Assembly (NCBI GenBank): GCA_039809465.1
Contig: JBDHVB010000002.1
Coordinates: 1-63,829 of the forward strand
DNA length: 63,829 nt
From: Myxococcota bacterium
GTDB taxonomy: Bacteria > Myxococcota > XYA12-FULL-58-9 > JALHOP01
Reading direction: 5' to 3'
This document shows, piece after piece, positions 28,855 through 37,603 of this stretch. A program made the position numbers and the translations under genes. The notes under the pieces were generated by a model, which worked only from the letters and a program-made list of their open reading frames with translations, made no database searches and was not told the DNA's origin. The stretch's first letter is position 1; each line of letters begins with the position of its first letter.

Positions 28855-29589
28855 ATGGCGAAGAAGGACAAGCCGGGCTTCAATTCACCGTTCGGGCAGC
28901 TGAAGACGTTCGCGGCGGACCAGGCGAAGAAGGCCGAGACGGCGAAGCTCGAGTCCGCGAAGACGGCTCCACCGAAGAAGTCCGCCAAAGCGACTACACG
29001 CCCGGCGGCGCGCGACGACGGGCCCGAGCTATCGGCCGCCGAAGCGGACGAGTTCTTGCGCGCGGTTGGTGGCGTTGCGCCTCTCGGGGCTCCGACGAAG
29101 CGCGTCGAGCCCGAAAAGCGCAAGGAGTCCGCTTTGCCGGATGACGACGCGCTCGCCCTGGCGGAGCTGCAGGCGTTGGTCGAGGGTGACACGCCTTTCC
29201 ACGTGGTCGAATCCGAGGAGTTCTACTCTGGGCAAGCACCGGGTGTGAGCCATGAGCTCGTCGACAAGCTGCGCGAGGGCGCGTTCTCGCACCGGCGGCA
29301 CGTCGACCTGCACGGTTACACGCGCGACGACGCCAAGGCCGCTTTGACGGACTTCATCGCGGCGGCGCGGCGTGATGGCGAGCGCTGCGTGCTGGTCGTG
29401 ACCGGCCGCGGCAAGAGCTCGCCCGGCGGCGTCTCGGTGTTGCGCGAGGCCCTCCCCCGCTGGCTCGGACGCTTTCCGCTGCGCTCGCACGTCCTCGCGT
29501 ATTGCACGGCGCGTTCGGTCGACGGAGGCCCAGGCGCCTTCTACGTGTTGCTGCGGCGGATGGGCTCGCGGCCGTTCGGTGGGTCGTGA
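28855..29589 (+). CDS. Smr-domain protein (SmrA/SmrB-like endonuclease family) with Lys/Ala-rich N-terminal extension
   Basis: 244 aa. C-terminal Smr motif: VDLHGYTRDDAKAALTDFIAAARRDGERCVLVVTGRGKSS...LREALPRWL. Confidence 0.85.
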   Translation: MAKKDKPGFNSPFGQLKTFAADQAKKAETAKLESAKTAPPKKSAKATTRPAARDDGPELSAAEADEFLRAVGGVAPLGAPTKRVEPEKRKESALPDDDALALAELQALVEGDTPFHVVESEEFYSGQAPGVSHELVDKLREGAFSHRRHVDLHGYTRDDAKAALTDFIAAARRDGERCVLVVTGRGKSSPGGVSVLREALPRWLGRFPLRSHVLAYCTARSVDGGPGAFYVLLRRMGSRPFGGS

Positions 29590-30251
29590 TCGGCGTCTTG
29601 CTGCCGTGGTTGTTCCTCGCGGCCGCTATCGCGGAGCTCGTGAGCCGGGGGTTCGTCACACGGAGGGTGGTCGCGTTGATCGCGGTCGCCTTGATCAAGC
29701 TCGATTTGTTCGCGCAAGCACTGGTGCGCTGGGTCGCGCCGCCATCGCACGTGTTGTTGGGCTCGTGTCAGAAGTGCGGTGCGTGCTGCCGGAGCCTCGT
29801 GGGTGACCCGCCCTCCCTGGTGAAGCGCACACCGCTGTTGCTGCGCGGCTTCATCGCGTACCACCGCGCGACGCATCGCTTCGAAGCCTACGCGCGCGGT
29901 CCGAACGGCGAAGTGCTGTTCCGCTGCGGCCATCTCCAGCCCGACAACACCTGCGGCATCTACTGGCGAAGACCATTGGTGTGCCGCACCTATCCCGTGG
30001 TCCCGGCGCGCGGCGCCCCGAGCCTGCTACCAGATTGCAGCTACCGCATCGCCGCCAAACCCGTAGCCGCGATGAAAATGCGCCCGAGCCTGCGCATCAT
30101 CAACGCATCGGTCGCAGTCCACCACCCCACGCCCGACCACCCTGGCGAGTCATTGCCCGAAGACTACGAGCTCGTCGCCCTGGACCCAGCCGTCGCGCTG
30201 CCCCCAATCCCTCAAGACGAAGCCGAAGGCGAGCCCGCCAAACCTACTTGA
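29586..30251 (+). CDS. YkgJ/UPF0153-type Cys-cluster (CxxCxxCC) protein with N-terminal TM segments
   Basis: Track ORF 29502..30251. The likely GTG start at 29586 overlaps the Smr stop (GTGA). CQKCGACCRSL motif plus a later Cys pair (CGHLQPDNTCGIYWRRPLVCRTYP). Confidence 0.75.
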   Translation: MIGVLLPWLFLAAAIAELVSRGFVTRRVVALIAVALIKLDLFAQALVRWVAPPSHVLLGSCQKCGACCRSLVGDPPSLVKRTPLLLRGFIAYHRATHRFEAYARGPNGEVLFRCGHLQPDNTCGIYWRRPLVCRTYPVVPARGAPSLLPDCSYRIAAKPVAAMKMRPSLRIINASVAVHHPTPDHPGESLPEDYELVALDPAVALPPIPQDEAEGEPAKPT

Positions 30252-30540
30252 ACCGCGACGGAAAATCAGCGCTGAAGCTCTTGTCCGGATGCAGCGCCTT
30301 GGCGCGCGCGATGAGACTCTCTTCCGTCTCGTTATTGTTCGGATCGGTCACGCAACAATCGACCGGACAAACCGCCGCGCACTGCTCCTCATCGAAGTGC
30401 CCCACACACTCCGTACACCGCAGCGGGTCGATGATGTAGATGTCCGGCCCCTCGCTGATCGCCTCATTCGGGCACTCGGGCTCGCAAGCCCCACAGCTAA
30501 TGCACTCTTCGGTGATCATCGTCGCCATGGGCCCGCCCAC
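30244..30540 (-). CDS. YfhL-type 2x[4Fe-4S] ferredoxin
   Basis: 98 aa. ITEECISCGACEPECPNEAI...CTECVGHFDEEQCAAVCPVDCC. The real start is probably MATMITEEC. Confidence 0.9.
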   Translation of the reverse strand: MGGPMATMITEECISCGACEPECPNEAISEGPDIYIIDPLRCTECVGHFDEEQCAAVCPVDCCVTDPNNNETEESLIARAKALHPDKSFSADFPSRFK

Positions 30541-30572
30541 TACAACCCCTCCCCCGAGCTGTCAATCGCCCC

Positions 30573-30794
30573 CCAAGAAACCACCCGGTGCACTCTGGAC
30601 CCCAAAGAAAGCCCCCGGTGCACTCTTGGGCCGAGCGCTCCAGAAACCACCCGGTGCATTCCGGGGCATCCAAGAAAACACCCGGTGCATTCCAGGGCAT
30701 CCAAGAAAACACCCGGTGCATTCCAGGGCATCCAAGAAAGCACCCGGTGCACTCTTGGACCGAAGCACCCCAGAAACCACCCGGCACATTCTTT
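30573..30794 (-). repeat. Array of 7 tandem copies (31-38-nt spacing) of the 24-nt repeat family, reverse orientation
   Basis: Copies start near 30573, 30602, 30640, 30670, 30701, 30732 and 30770. An example is CCAAGAAAACACCCGGTGCATTCCAGGG, which occurs twice identically. The array fills the whole gap between the diguanylate cyclase stop and the ferredoxin gene. Confidence 0.9.
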
Positions 30795-32142
30795 AGGTTT
30801 CGCGGACGTCGGACCAGCGGGTGACGGTGTTCCGCCCTCTTTCCTTGGACTTGTAGAGGGCGCGGTCGGCGTAGTCGATGAGCTTGCGGCCGTCGCGGGA
30901 GTCGTGGGGGTAGAAGGCGACGCCGACGCTGATGGTGAGCTTGCCGTTGGGCTGGGTCTCTTCGTGGGGGAAGGGTTGGGCTTCGACGACTTGCTGCAGC
31001 TTGTTCGCGGTCGCGAAGCCTTCGTCGGCGCCGGTGTCGAGCAAGAGGACGACGAACTCCTCGCCGCCATAGCGTGCCACTACGTCAGTGCCGCGCAGGT
31101 TCAACGAGAGGAGGGCCGCCATACGCTGCAAGAGCTCGTCGCCCGCGCTGTGCCCATGCGTGTCGTTGTAGTTCTTGAAGTGGTCGACATCGAGCAAGAT
31201 GAGCGCGAACTGGTGGGGATTACGGGCGCCGCGCCGGATCTCGAAGTCGAGCTGCTCCATGAACTGCCGGCGGTTGTACAAACCGGTCAAAGGATCGGTC
31301 TTCGCCAAACGCTCGAGCTGCTGATTCGCCTCGACGAGCTGAGCGTTGGCGGCCGCGAGCTCGTGCGTGCGCTCCTCGACCCTCGCCTCGAGTGACGCGG
31401 TGTAATCCTCTATTCGCGCCGCCATCGCGTTGAGCTGCTCGGCGAGCTGACCGATTTCATCACCCGTGCGGATCGCGACACGCGCCGCGAGCTCACCACG
31501 GCTCACCCGCGCCGCCATGTCCTGCATCTTCTCGATCGGCCGGACGGCAAGGCGATGCAGGGTATAGAACGCGATGATCCCAGGGATCGCCGCCATCACC
31601 AGCGCGAAGACGAACACGCGGATGCGTCTGTTCGCTATAGCGATCTCGACGTTCTCGAGGCTGAAGGTCGCACGAATCGTACCCCAGCGCAGGCCGCTCA
31701 CCACCGGCACCGCGATCTCGAGGACCGGCACTCCTCCCTCGTCACTGGTCCGCGTCTGCGGTGACTCCGCGGCAAGCGCTGTCCGCGTAAACGGATCATC
31801 CATCACTTTGCCGAACTCGCCCTGCCGCGTGTGCGACACCACGCGCCCCTGAAAATCGAGCACGGCCATGTGACGCAGATCGAGACTGGTCGCGGCTTCC
31901 GAGAGCTTCACGACGTAGTTGTCGAGCGTCGGCGTATCGTTGTTCGCCATCGCCACGCCGCAAGGGATCGCAAAGGCACGCAGCAACGCCACCGCGCGAC
32001 TTTCGGTCTCGCGCTGGAGCACGAGCTCCTCATGACGAATGGTCGTGATCCCGTAGATCGTGACCGCCACGACCACGAAAGAAAGCACGGCTAGCGCCAG
32101 TTTTGCCCGGAGACCCATCGTCGAAAAATCCGGGCCTCCCAT
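30793..32142 (-). CDS. Membrane-bound diguanylate cyclase (periplasmic sensor region, HAMP, GGDEF)
   Basis: Track ORF 30793..32202. The TTG at 32202 lies 3 nt from the tRNA, so ATG 32142 or 32118 (MGLRAKLALAVLSFVVVAV) is more plausible. HAMP-like RLAVRPIEKMQDMAARVSRGEL. GGDEF core RYGGEEFVVLL with DPLTGLYNRR. Confidence 0.88.
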   Translation of the reverse strand: MGGPDFSTMGLRAKLALAVLSFVVVAVTIYGITTIRHEELVLQRETESRAVALLRAFAIPCGVAMANNDTPTLDNYVVKLSEAATSLDLRHMAVLDFQGRVVSHTRQGEFGKVMDDPFTRTALAAESPQTRTSDEGGVPVLEIAVPVVSGLRWGTIRATFSLENVEIAIANRRIRVFVFALVMAAIPGIIAFYTLHRLAVRPIEKMQDMAARVSRGELAARVAIRTGDEIGQLAEQLNAMAARIEDYTASLEARVEERTHELAAANAQLVEANQQLERLAKTDPLTGLYNRRQFMEQLDFEIRRGARNPHQFALILLDVDHFKNYNDTHGHSAGDELLQRMAALLSLNLRGTDVVARYGGEEFVVLLLDTGADEGFATANKLQQVVEAQPFPHEETQPNGKLTISVGVAFYPHDSRDGRKLIDYADRALYKSKERGRNTVTRWSDVRET

Positions 32143-32205
32143 TAGCTCGATTAGCCTTTGATTGACAGGCCCGAAGTCGCTTGCTATTTGGCCGCGCACC
32201 AATCG

Positions 32206-32289
32206 GCGGTAGTGGCGGAATTGGTAGACGCACCAGCTTGAGGGGCTGGCGGTAGAAATACCGTGTGAGTTCGAGTCTCTCCTACCGCA
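32206..32289 (+). tRNA. tRNA-Leu (anticodon GAG)
   Basis: Cloverleaf folded by hand. Acceptor GCGGTAG/CTACCGC plus discriminator A. D-arm GCGGAATTGGTAGACGC. Anticodon stem CCAGC/GCTGG with loop TTGAGGG. Long variable arm CGGTA-GAAA-TACCG. T-loop TTCGAGT, with one U.U mismatch in the T stem. No encoded CCA. Confidence 0.85.
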
Positions 32290-32309
32290 TTTTCAATCCA
32301 AGGTTTTCG

Positions 32310-32771
32310 ATGCAGACACTGATCACCATCATCCACGTCGTCACCTGCATCCTCCTCATCCTCGTGGTGCTCCTGCAGTCCGGTAAGGGCGGCGGCTTGA
32401 GCTCCACCTTCGGCGGCGCCAGCGCCCAGATCTTCGGTGGCCGTGGCGCCGGCGACTTCATGACCCGCGTCACCTCGGGCGCGGCCATGGTCTTCTTCGT
32501 GACCTCGTTCACCCTCGCGACCATCAGCTCGCGCCAACGCTCGGCCGTCGAGCGTGCTCTCGACAGCAACAAGCCAGCCGCGACCGACACGACCAGCGAC
32601 GACAAGCCGACCACCGACGCCGGCAAGGACGACGACGTGAAGGCCAACGAAGCGGAAGCCCCCAAGGCCGAGAACGCGGACACCCAGGGCGCCGCGACGC
32701 CGACGACCGACAGCAAGAACGAAGCTCCGGCCGACAAAGGCCCGGCGCAGGCCCCAGACGCTCCTCGCTGA
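32310..32771 (+). CDS. secG: Preprotein translocase subunit SecG with extended acidic/Lys-rich tail
   Basis: Residues 16-168 of track ORF 32265..32771: MQTLITIIHVVTCILLILVVLLQSGKGGGLSSTFGG...GGRGAGDFMTRVT. The upstream part of the track ORF overlaps the tRNA. Confidence 0.88.
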   Translation: MQTLITIIHVVTCILLILVVLLQSGKGGGLSSTFGGASAQIFGGRGAGDFMTRVTSGAAMVFFVTSFTLATISSRQRSAVERALDSNKPAATDTTSDDKPTTDAGKDDDVKANEAEAPKAENADTQGAATPTTDSKNEAPADKGPAQAPDAPR

Positions 32772-32786
32772 TCGCGGTCCACCCCG

Positions 32787-34076
32787 ATGACTGATGTACT
32801 GAGTCTCGCTCCCGATCGCGTCGCTGCTCTTCTCCGCAAAGAGCACATCACTCTCGCGTGGGCCGTGTTGGACGACGGCAAGGTCCGCGTCTCACACCCC
32901 ATCCTCACGCCGCTCGCGCAGTACTTCGAGGACCCACGCTCGGGCTTCGCGAAGCACGAAGCAGTGTTCCTGCGGCCACACGCCGAGCTCGATCTGCTCC
33001 TCGGCGCCTTCGTCCACGACACCACGCGTGGCGCCGGTGCTGGCGGCACCCGCCTTTGGGCCTACGACGATCTGCGCAGCTATCTCCGTGACGGTCTGCG
33101 CCTCGCGCAGGGCATGACCCGCAAGAACGCTTTGGCGGGCTTGTTCTGGGGCGGCGGCAAGGGCGTCATCGGCATGGGCCCGGGCGGCAAGCTCGAGGAT
33201 CGCGCCCAGCGTGACGCGGTGTTCAACGCCTACGGCGACATGATGACCGCCCTGCGCGGCTGCTACGTGACCGCCGAGGACGTCGGTGTGTTCACCCGCG
33301 ACATCGCGGCGATTCACGCGCGCACGCGCTTCGTGACCTGCATTCCCGCCGACATCGGTGGCAGTGGCGATCCTTCACCGCACACCGCGCGTGGCGTGAT
33401 CGCGGGCATGCAAGCCGCCCTCGCCTATCGCAAGCTGGGCTCGCTCGCCGACAAGACCGTCGTCGTTCAGGGCATCGGCAACGTCGGTGGCCCCCTGCTC
33501 TCGCTGCTCTTCGAGCACGGCGTGAAGAAGGTGATCGCCGGCGACGTGTCCGACACGCTCATCGACAAGCGTCGCCGTGAGCTCGCCGGCAAGCCCTTGG
33601 AGCTGCGTCTCTTGGCGCGCGGTGACTCCTCCATTCTCGACACGCCGTGCGACATTCTCGCGCCGTGTGCCTTGGGCGCGGTGATCAACGCCGAGACGAT
33701 CCCGAGGCTGCAGACCAAGATCATCTGCGGCGCCGCCAACAATCAGCTCGACGATCCGGAGCGCGACGGCCGTGCCTTGCGCGAGCGTGGCATTACCTAC
33801 GTGCCGGACTTTTTGACCAATCGTATGGGCATCGTGAACTGCGCCAACGAGCAGTATGGCTACGTCACGCCGGATCCCGCGATCGAGCGTCACTTCGGCA
33901 ACACGTTCCGCTATTCGATCCCGACGATCACGCACGAGGTCCTGGCCCGCGCGGAGCGGGATGGTGTGCCCGAGGGCGATGCCGCGATCGCGCTAGCCGA
34001 CGAGCTGGCACGTGAGCCGCACCCGATCTTCCCGGGCCGCTCGCGCGCCATCATCGAGGCGCTCACCAGAGCTTGA
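32787..34076 (+). CDS. Glu/Leu/Phe/Val-family amino-acid dehydrogenase (Leu/Val dehydrogenase-like)
   Basis: 429 aa. Catalytic-Lys motif LFWGGGKGVIG and Rossmann motif VVVQGIGNVGG. Confidence 0.8.
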   Translation: MTDVLSLAPDRVAALLRKEHITLAWAVLDDGKVRVSHPILTPLAQYFEDPRSGFAKHEAVFLRPHAELDLLLGAFVHDTTRGAGAGGTRLWAYDDLRSYLRDGLRLAQGMTRKNALAGLFWGGGKGVIGMGPGGKLEDRAQRDAVFNAYGDMMTALRGCYVTAEDVGVFTRDIAAIHARTRFVTCIPADIGGSGDPSPHTARGVIAGMQAALAYRKLGSLADKTVVVQGIGNVGGPLLSLLFEHGVKKVIAGDVSDTLIDKRRRELAGKPLELRLLARGDSSILDTPCDILAPCALGAVINAETIPRLQTKIICGAANNQLDDPERDGRALRERGITYVPDFLTNRMGIVNCANEQYGYVTPDPAIERHFGNTFRYSIPTITHEVLARAERDGVPEGDAAIALADELAREPHPIFPGRSRAIIEALTRA

Positions 34077-34107
34077 TCGTTCCCGAGCGCTGTGGCTTGA
34101 GGGCGGG

Positions 34108-36105
34108 ATGCTGCGAAACTCGCTCTTCCTCGTCGTTGGTTGTGTCGCCTGCGCGTCGTCGTCATCCACGTCAGCTCCAGAAGCCGCCGCTCCCGCCGAG
34201 CCCGCACCCGCGGCAGCCGCCGTCACCAGCACAACGAGCTATAGCGGTCACGGCTTGGAGAGCCTGCCGCCGGGGTTGCTCGAGAAGCTCGCCCCCAAGG
34301 CACCTCCCGCCGAGATCACCAAGCACGTTCAGCAGATGATCGAGCTCTTCGGACCGGGCGCGGGTTTGCTCACCCCCGACGCCAAGCGCCTCGTCTTCAC
34401 CTGGCGCGTGAGTGGTCAGCAGCAGCTATGGCGCGTCGATGGCCCGAAACACTTCCCGGTGCAGCTCACGAGCGGTGAGGATCGTACGTTCGTCGAGGCG
34501 ATCACGCCGGACGGCAAGACGATCGTGGTCAGCCGCGACGCGAACGGCGAGGAGAATCCAGGCATCTACCTGATGTCGGTGGACGGCGGTGCGCTGAAAG
34601 CCGTGCAGCACATGAAAGGCGTGCAGAGCCGTTATCACGTCATGAGCCGCGATGGCGGATCGCTCTATTTCACGGCAAACGACCAGGTGAAGGACAGCTA
34701 TGCGGTCTACCGTTATGTGATCGCGACCGGAGCGAAGGAGACGATCTTCACCGGCGCAGGGCTGTGGTCGGTGAGTGACGTCCGCGATGACGGAACCCTG
34801 CTGCTGCGCAAGGCGGTCGGCTCGCTGCCCTCGGAGTACTGGGAGCTCGCACGCGGCGCGAGCGAGCCCAAGCACCTCTTCGGCCAGGGAGAGAACGTCG
34901 AGTACGAGGCCGTCTATGGGCGCGCTGGCGAGATCATCGTGCAGACACCGAAGCTCGGAGAGTTCCGCCGTCTGTATCTCTGGAAGGATGGCACGCTCAC
35001 GCCACTGTCCGCTGAAACGGCCCACGACGTGTCGGGCTTCGGCGTCGACGACGACAAGAAGCGCTTGGTTTACCAGGTGAACGAAAACGGCTTCACGCGT
35101 CTGTTCACGATGGTGGCGCGCGGAAAGGCTTGGCAGCTCGAGGCGACGCCGTTCTTGCCCAAGGCGGATCACATTCAAGTCGCGGGCCTCACGCGCGGTG
35201 GACGTTACGCGACCGCGACCGTGGACTACGGCGACCGCCCCGCCTCGACGGTGGTGATCGATTTCACCGCGCGCAAAGTCACGAGCTGGCACGAGCAGAG
35301 CATTCCAGAGCTCGACACCCGGTCATTCGTGGCTGCAGAGCTCGAGAGCTACCCGGCCCGCGACGGCACCGCCATCCCCGCGTTCGTGCGCCGGCCCAAA
35401 GAGTGCGCCAACACGCTGTGCCCGGTCATCGTCGAGTTCCACGGCGGCCCCGAAGGACAATACCTGGGCGGTTTCAACGGCGGCGCTCAGCTCTTCGTTG
35501 ACGCCGGTTTCGTTCATGTGGCGCCAAACGTCCGCGGCAGCGATGGCTACGGTAAGACGTATCTTGCGGCCGATGACGGCGCGAAGCGCTTGAACATCAT
35601 CACGGACATCGAGGACGCCGCGGTCTGGGCGCGCAAAACGTTCGCCGTGGGTGGAGTCGAGCCCAAGGTCGGTATCTACGGCGGCAGTTACGGCGGCTAC
35701 TCGACGCTCGTCGGCATGACGATGTTCGCGGGCGCCTACGACGCGGGCGTGTCCGTCGTCGGCATCTCGAACCTCATCACCTTCCTGAACAACACGGCCC
35801 CCTACCGCCGAGTGCTCCGCATCTCCGAGTACGGCGACCCCGAAAAGGACCACGACGTATTGGCCAAGCTCTCCCCCTCGACCTACATCGACCGCATCAA
35901 AGCCCCGCTGCTCATCTTGCAGGGCGCCAATGACCCCCGCGTCCCCGCCGGCGAAGCCGTCAGCATGTACGACGCCATGCTCCTCAAGAAACTACCCGCT
36001 GAACTCATGATCTACGCCGACGAAGGCCACGGCGCCTCCAAGCGGAGCAACCGCGTCTCCATGATCGGCAACACCCTCCGCTTCTTCACCACCCACCTGA
36101 AGTAA
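34108..36105 (+). CDS. S9 family serine peptidase (beta-propeller plus prolyl-oligopeptidase/DPP catalytic domain), secreted lipoprotein
   Basis: Residues 33-697 of track ORF 34012..36105. Signal peptide MLRNSLFLVVGCVAC. Nucleophile motif GGSYGGYS. C-terminal ...GANDPRVP...DEGHG. Confidence 0.88.
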   Translation: MLRNSLFLVVGCVACASSSSTSAPEAAAPAEPAPAAAAVTSTTSYSGHGLESLPPGLLEKLAPKAPPAEITKHVQQMIELFGPGAGLLTPDAKRLVFTWRVSGQQQLWRVDGPKHFPVQLTSGEDRTFVEAITPDGKTIVVSRDANGEENPGIYLMSVDGGALKAVQHMKGVQSRYHVMSRDGGSLYFTANDQVKDSYAVYRYVIATGAKETIFTGAGLWSVSDVRDDGTLLLRKAVGSLPSEYWELARGASEPKHLFGQGENVEYEAVYGRAGEIIVQTPKLGEFRRLYLWKDGTLTPLSAETAHDVSGFGVDDDKKRLVYQVNENGFTRLFTMVARGKAWQLEATPFLPKADHIQVAGLTRGGRYATATVDYGDRPASTVVIDFTARKVTSWHEQSIPELDTRSFVAAELESYPARDGTAIPAFVRRPKECANTLCPVIVEFHGGPEGQYLGGFNGGAQLFVDAGFVHVAPNVRGSDGYGKTYLAADDGAKRLNIITDIEDAAVWARKTFAVGGVEPKVGIYGGSYGGYSTLVGMTMFAGAYDAGVSVVGISNLITFLNNTAPYRRVLRISEYGDPEKDHDVLAKLSPSTYIDRIKAPLLILQGANDPRVPAGEAVSMYDAMLLKKLPAELMIYADEGHGASKRSNRVSMIGNTLRFFTTHLK

Positions 36106-37497
36106 GCCGGTGGTTTCTTGCTTACCCACGAAAGCGCCAGGTGCTTTCATGTGGTGCGTTTTTGCGTCTCAGGTTGAGACACTCGGCGGTGGGGGGTGCG
36201 CTCGAGGCTTTCAGGCGAGCGGACTGACGAGCTCGGCCTAGGCACGCTAGGTGCTCTGCATTGCGGCATGAGCATTTCAGAGATCGATGCTGCGCTGGAG
36301 CGCGGCGAGAAGTTGTACGCGGCGACGCGGCACGCACGCTTCATCAAAAGTGATGTGCCTCTGCACATCATTCTCTACGCGGTTCAGGGCCGCCACTTGC
36401 TCAGGCCTTGTCCTGAGCTGAACGACATCATCGTGGGCGTACTCGCGCGTGCGCTGTTTCTTTACGCAAAGGTCGAGCTGTACGCCGCCGCGTTCCTCTC
36501 GAATCACGCGCATCTCATGCTCCAGGGGCCGCCCGAGCAAGTGCCGGCCTTCATCGGCTATGTCAAACGCGAGATCTCCTATCGTTGGGGGCATAGCCGA
36601 CAGGTCAATCGACATGGGCAGATGTGGCGGGACTATCGAATGGTCGCGCTGCCAACAGCGGAGAGCCAAGTACAGAGCCTTCGATACGTGCTCTCGCAAA
36701 GCGTGAAGGAGGGGCTCGTGGTGCGCCCACAGGATTGGCCCGGCGTGCATTGCGCGCGCTCATTGCTCACGGGCGCGCCAATGCGTGGATGCCTATTGAA
36801 CGGGACTCGTTACTCCCGGGCAGTCGACGCGGAGAAACGTAAACGCCACCCGCGACCAGTGCATCGTCGAGACTTCAACATCGAGTACGCGCTGACCTTC
36901 GCACCGTTGCCTGCGTGGAAGCACTTGAGCGAAGCGACGCGACGCGCCGAGGTGAAGGCACTCGTTGATGGAATCATTGCGGATGGTCACGCCATGCGTA
37001 AGGGCCGTCCTCCGATGGGTGCACGCCGCATCATGCGCGTTCCATTGGATCACATGACGGACCTTCCGAAGGAGCCCTGGCGGGAGAGGGTGCGGCCGTT
37101 GGTGTGCTGGGCTTCACCTCACGCGCCCGAGACACGCGCCTACCTCGAAGATTATCGGCTATTCCAGCACGCATTCCGGGTGGCCTCGGATGAGACGAAA
37201 CAAATGGCTGATCCATTTGCCGCCCTCTTTCCTGAGGGCGCGCATATCCCAGGACGCTATAACAGCCCAGCGGCTTTCGTAACAGCGGCCTAAGCAAACC
37301 AACTCACAATCAGCGTGACTTCGAGTGCGTCCCTATTAAGCGCGCTCCGCCGCGCGTTGGTCTCCGCGCGTCCTCGAGGCCGAGGCTCTCTCACCCATCG
37401 AACAATCGCAGCGTCAGAGCCGCACAGACAAGACAGAGACAAGAAGGCACCCGGTGCATTCCTTGGGGGCCGAGAAAGCACCGGGAGCGTTTGGTGG
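36106..37497 (+). mobile_element. REPtron-like unit: HUH/Y1 (RAYT/IS200-like) transposase gene bracketed by inverted doublets of the 24-nt repeat family
   Basis: Left doublet 36106-36150: GCCGGTGGTTTCTTG ... CGAAAGCGCCAGGTGCTTTC. Right doublet 37440-37497: CAAGAAGGCACCCGGTGCATTCCTTGGG ... GAGAAAGCACCGGGAGCGTTTGGTGG. In each doublet the two members are in opposite orientation and can pair. Confidence 0.6.
36196..37293 (+). CDS. REP-associated tyrosine transposase (RAYT) / IS200-like Y1 HUH-family protein with a roughly 170-aa C-terminal extension
   Basis: 365 aa; an alternative start is ATG 36268 (MSISEID...). HUH motif in LYAAAFLSNHAHLMLQG. Then RHGQMWRDYRMVAL and the catalytic-Tyr helix LRYVLSQSVKEGLVVRPQDWPG, which is the pattern of PF01797-type Y1 transposases. 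Confidence 0.75.
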   Translation: MRSRLSGERTDELGLGTLGALHCGMSISEIDAALERGEKLYAATRHARFIKSDVPLHIILYAVQGRHLLRPCPELNDIIVGVLARALFLYAKVELYAAAFLSNHAHLMLQGPPEQVPAFIGYVKREISYRWGHSRQVNRHGQMWRDYRMVALPTAESQVQSLRYVLSQSVKEGLVVRPQDWPGVHCARSLLTGAPMRGCLLNGTRYSRAVDAEKRKRHPRPVHRRDFNIEYALTFAPLPAWKHLSEATRRAEVKALVDGIIADGHAMRKGRPPMGARRIMRVPLDHMTDLPKEPWRERVRPLVCWASPHAPETRAYLEDYRLFQHAFRVASDETKQMADPFAALFPEGAHIPGRYNSPAAFVTAA

Positions 37498-37603
37498 GGA
37501 GTTGAGTCTACCGAATCGCAGTGCGTGGACCTCACTGCGAATCGTGATCGGGCGTGAATCGGCGAACTGGGGACAAGGCGCGAAACCTGCACGGTTTTTT
37601 TGC

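Noticed and set aside
30440-30824. Small ORFs translating the repeat arrays into recurring peptides (…RNHPVHS…, …KKPPGAF…, …ETTRCIL…), also at 45115..45814, 18556..18750 and 2274..2588
   Set aside because: The periodic peptides are a by-product of translating a DNA repeat in several frames and on both strands. The same DNA occurs in both orientations at other intergenic sites, which argues for a nucleic-acid-level element.
32206-32289. tRNA-Leu as a possible integration site for a genomic island (accessory genes nearby)
   Set aside because: There is no integrase, no direct repeat of the tRNA 3' end, and no compositional shift next to it. The flanking genes (secG, amino-acid dehydrogenase, diguanylate cyclase) look native.
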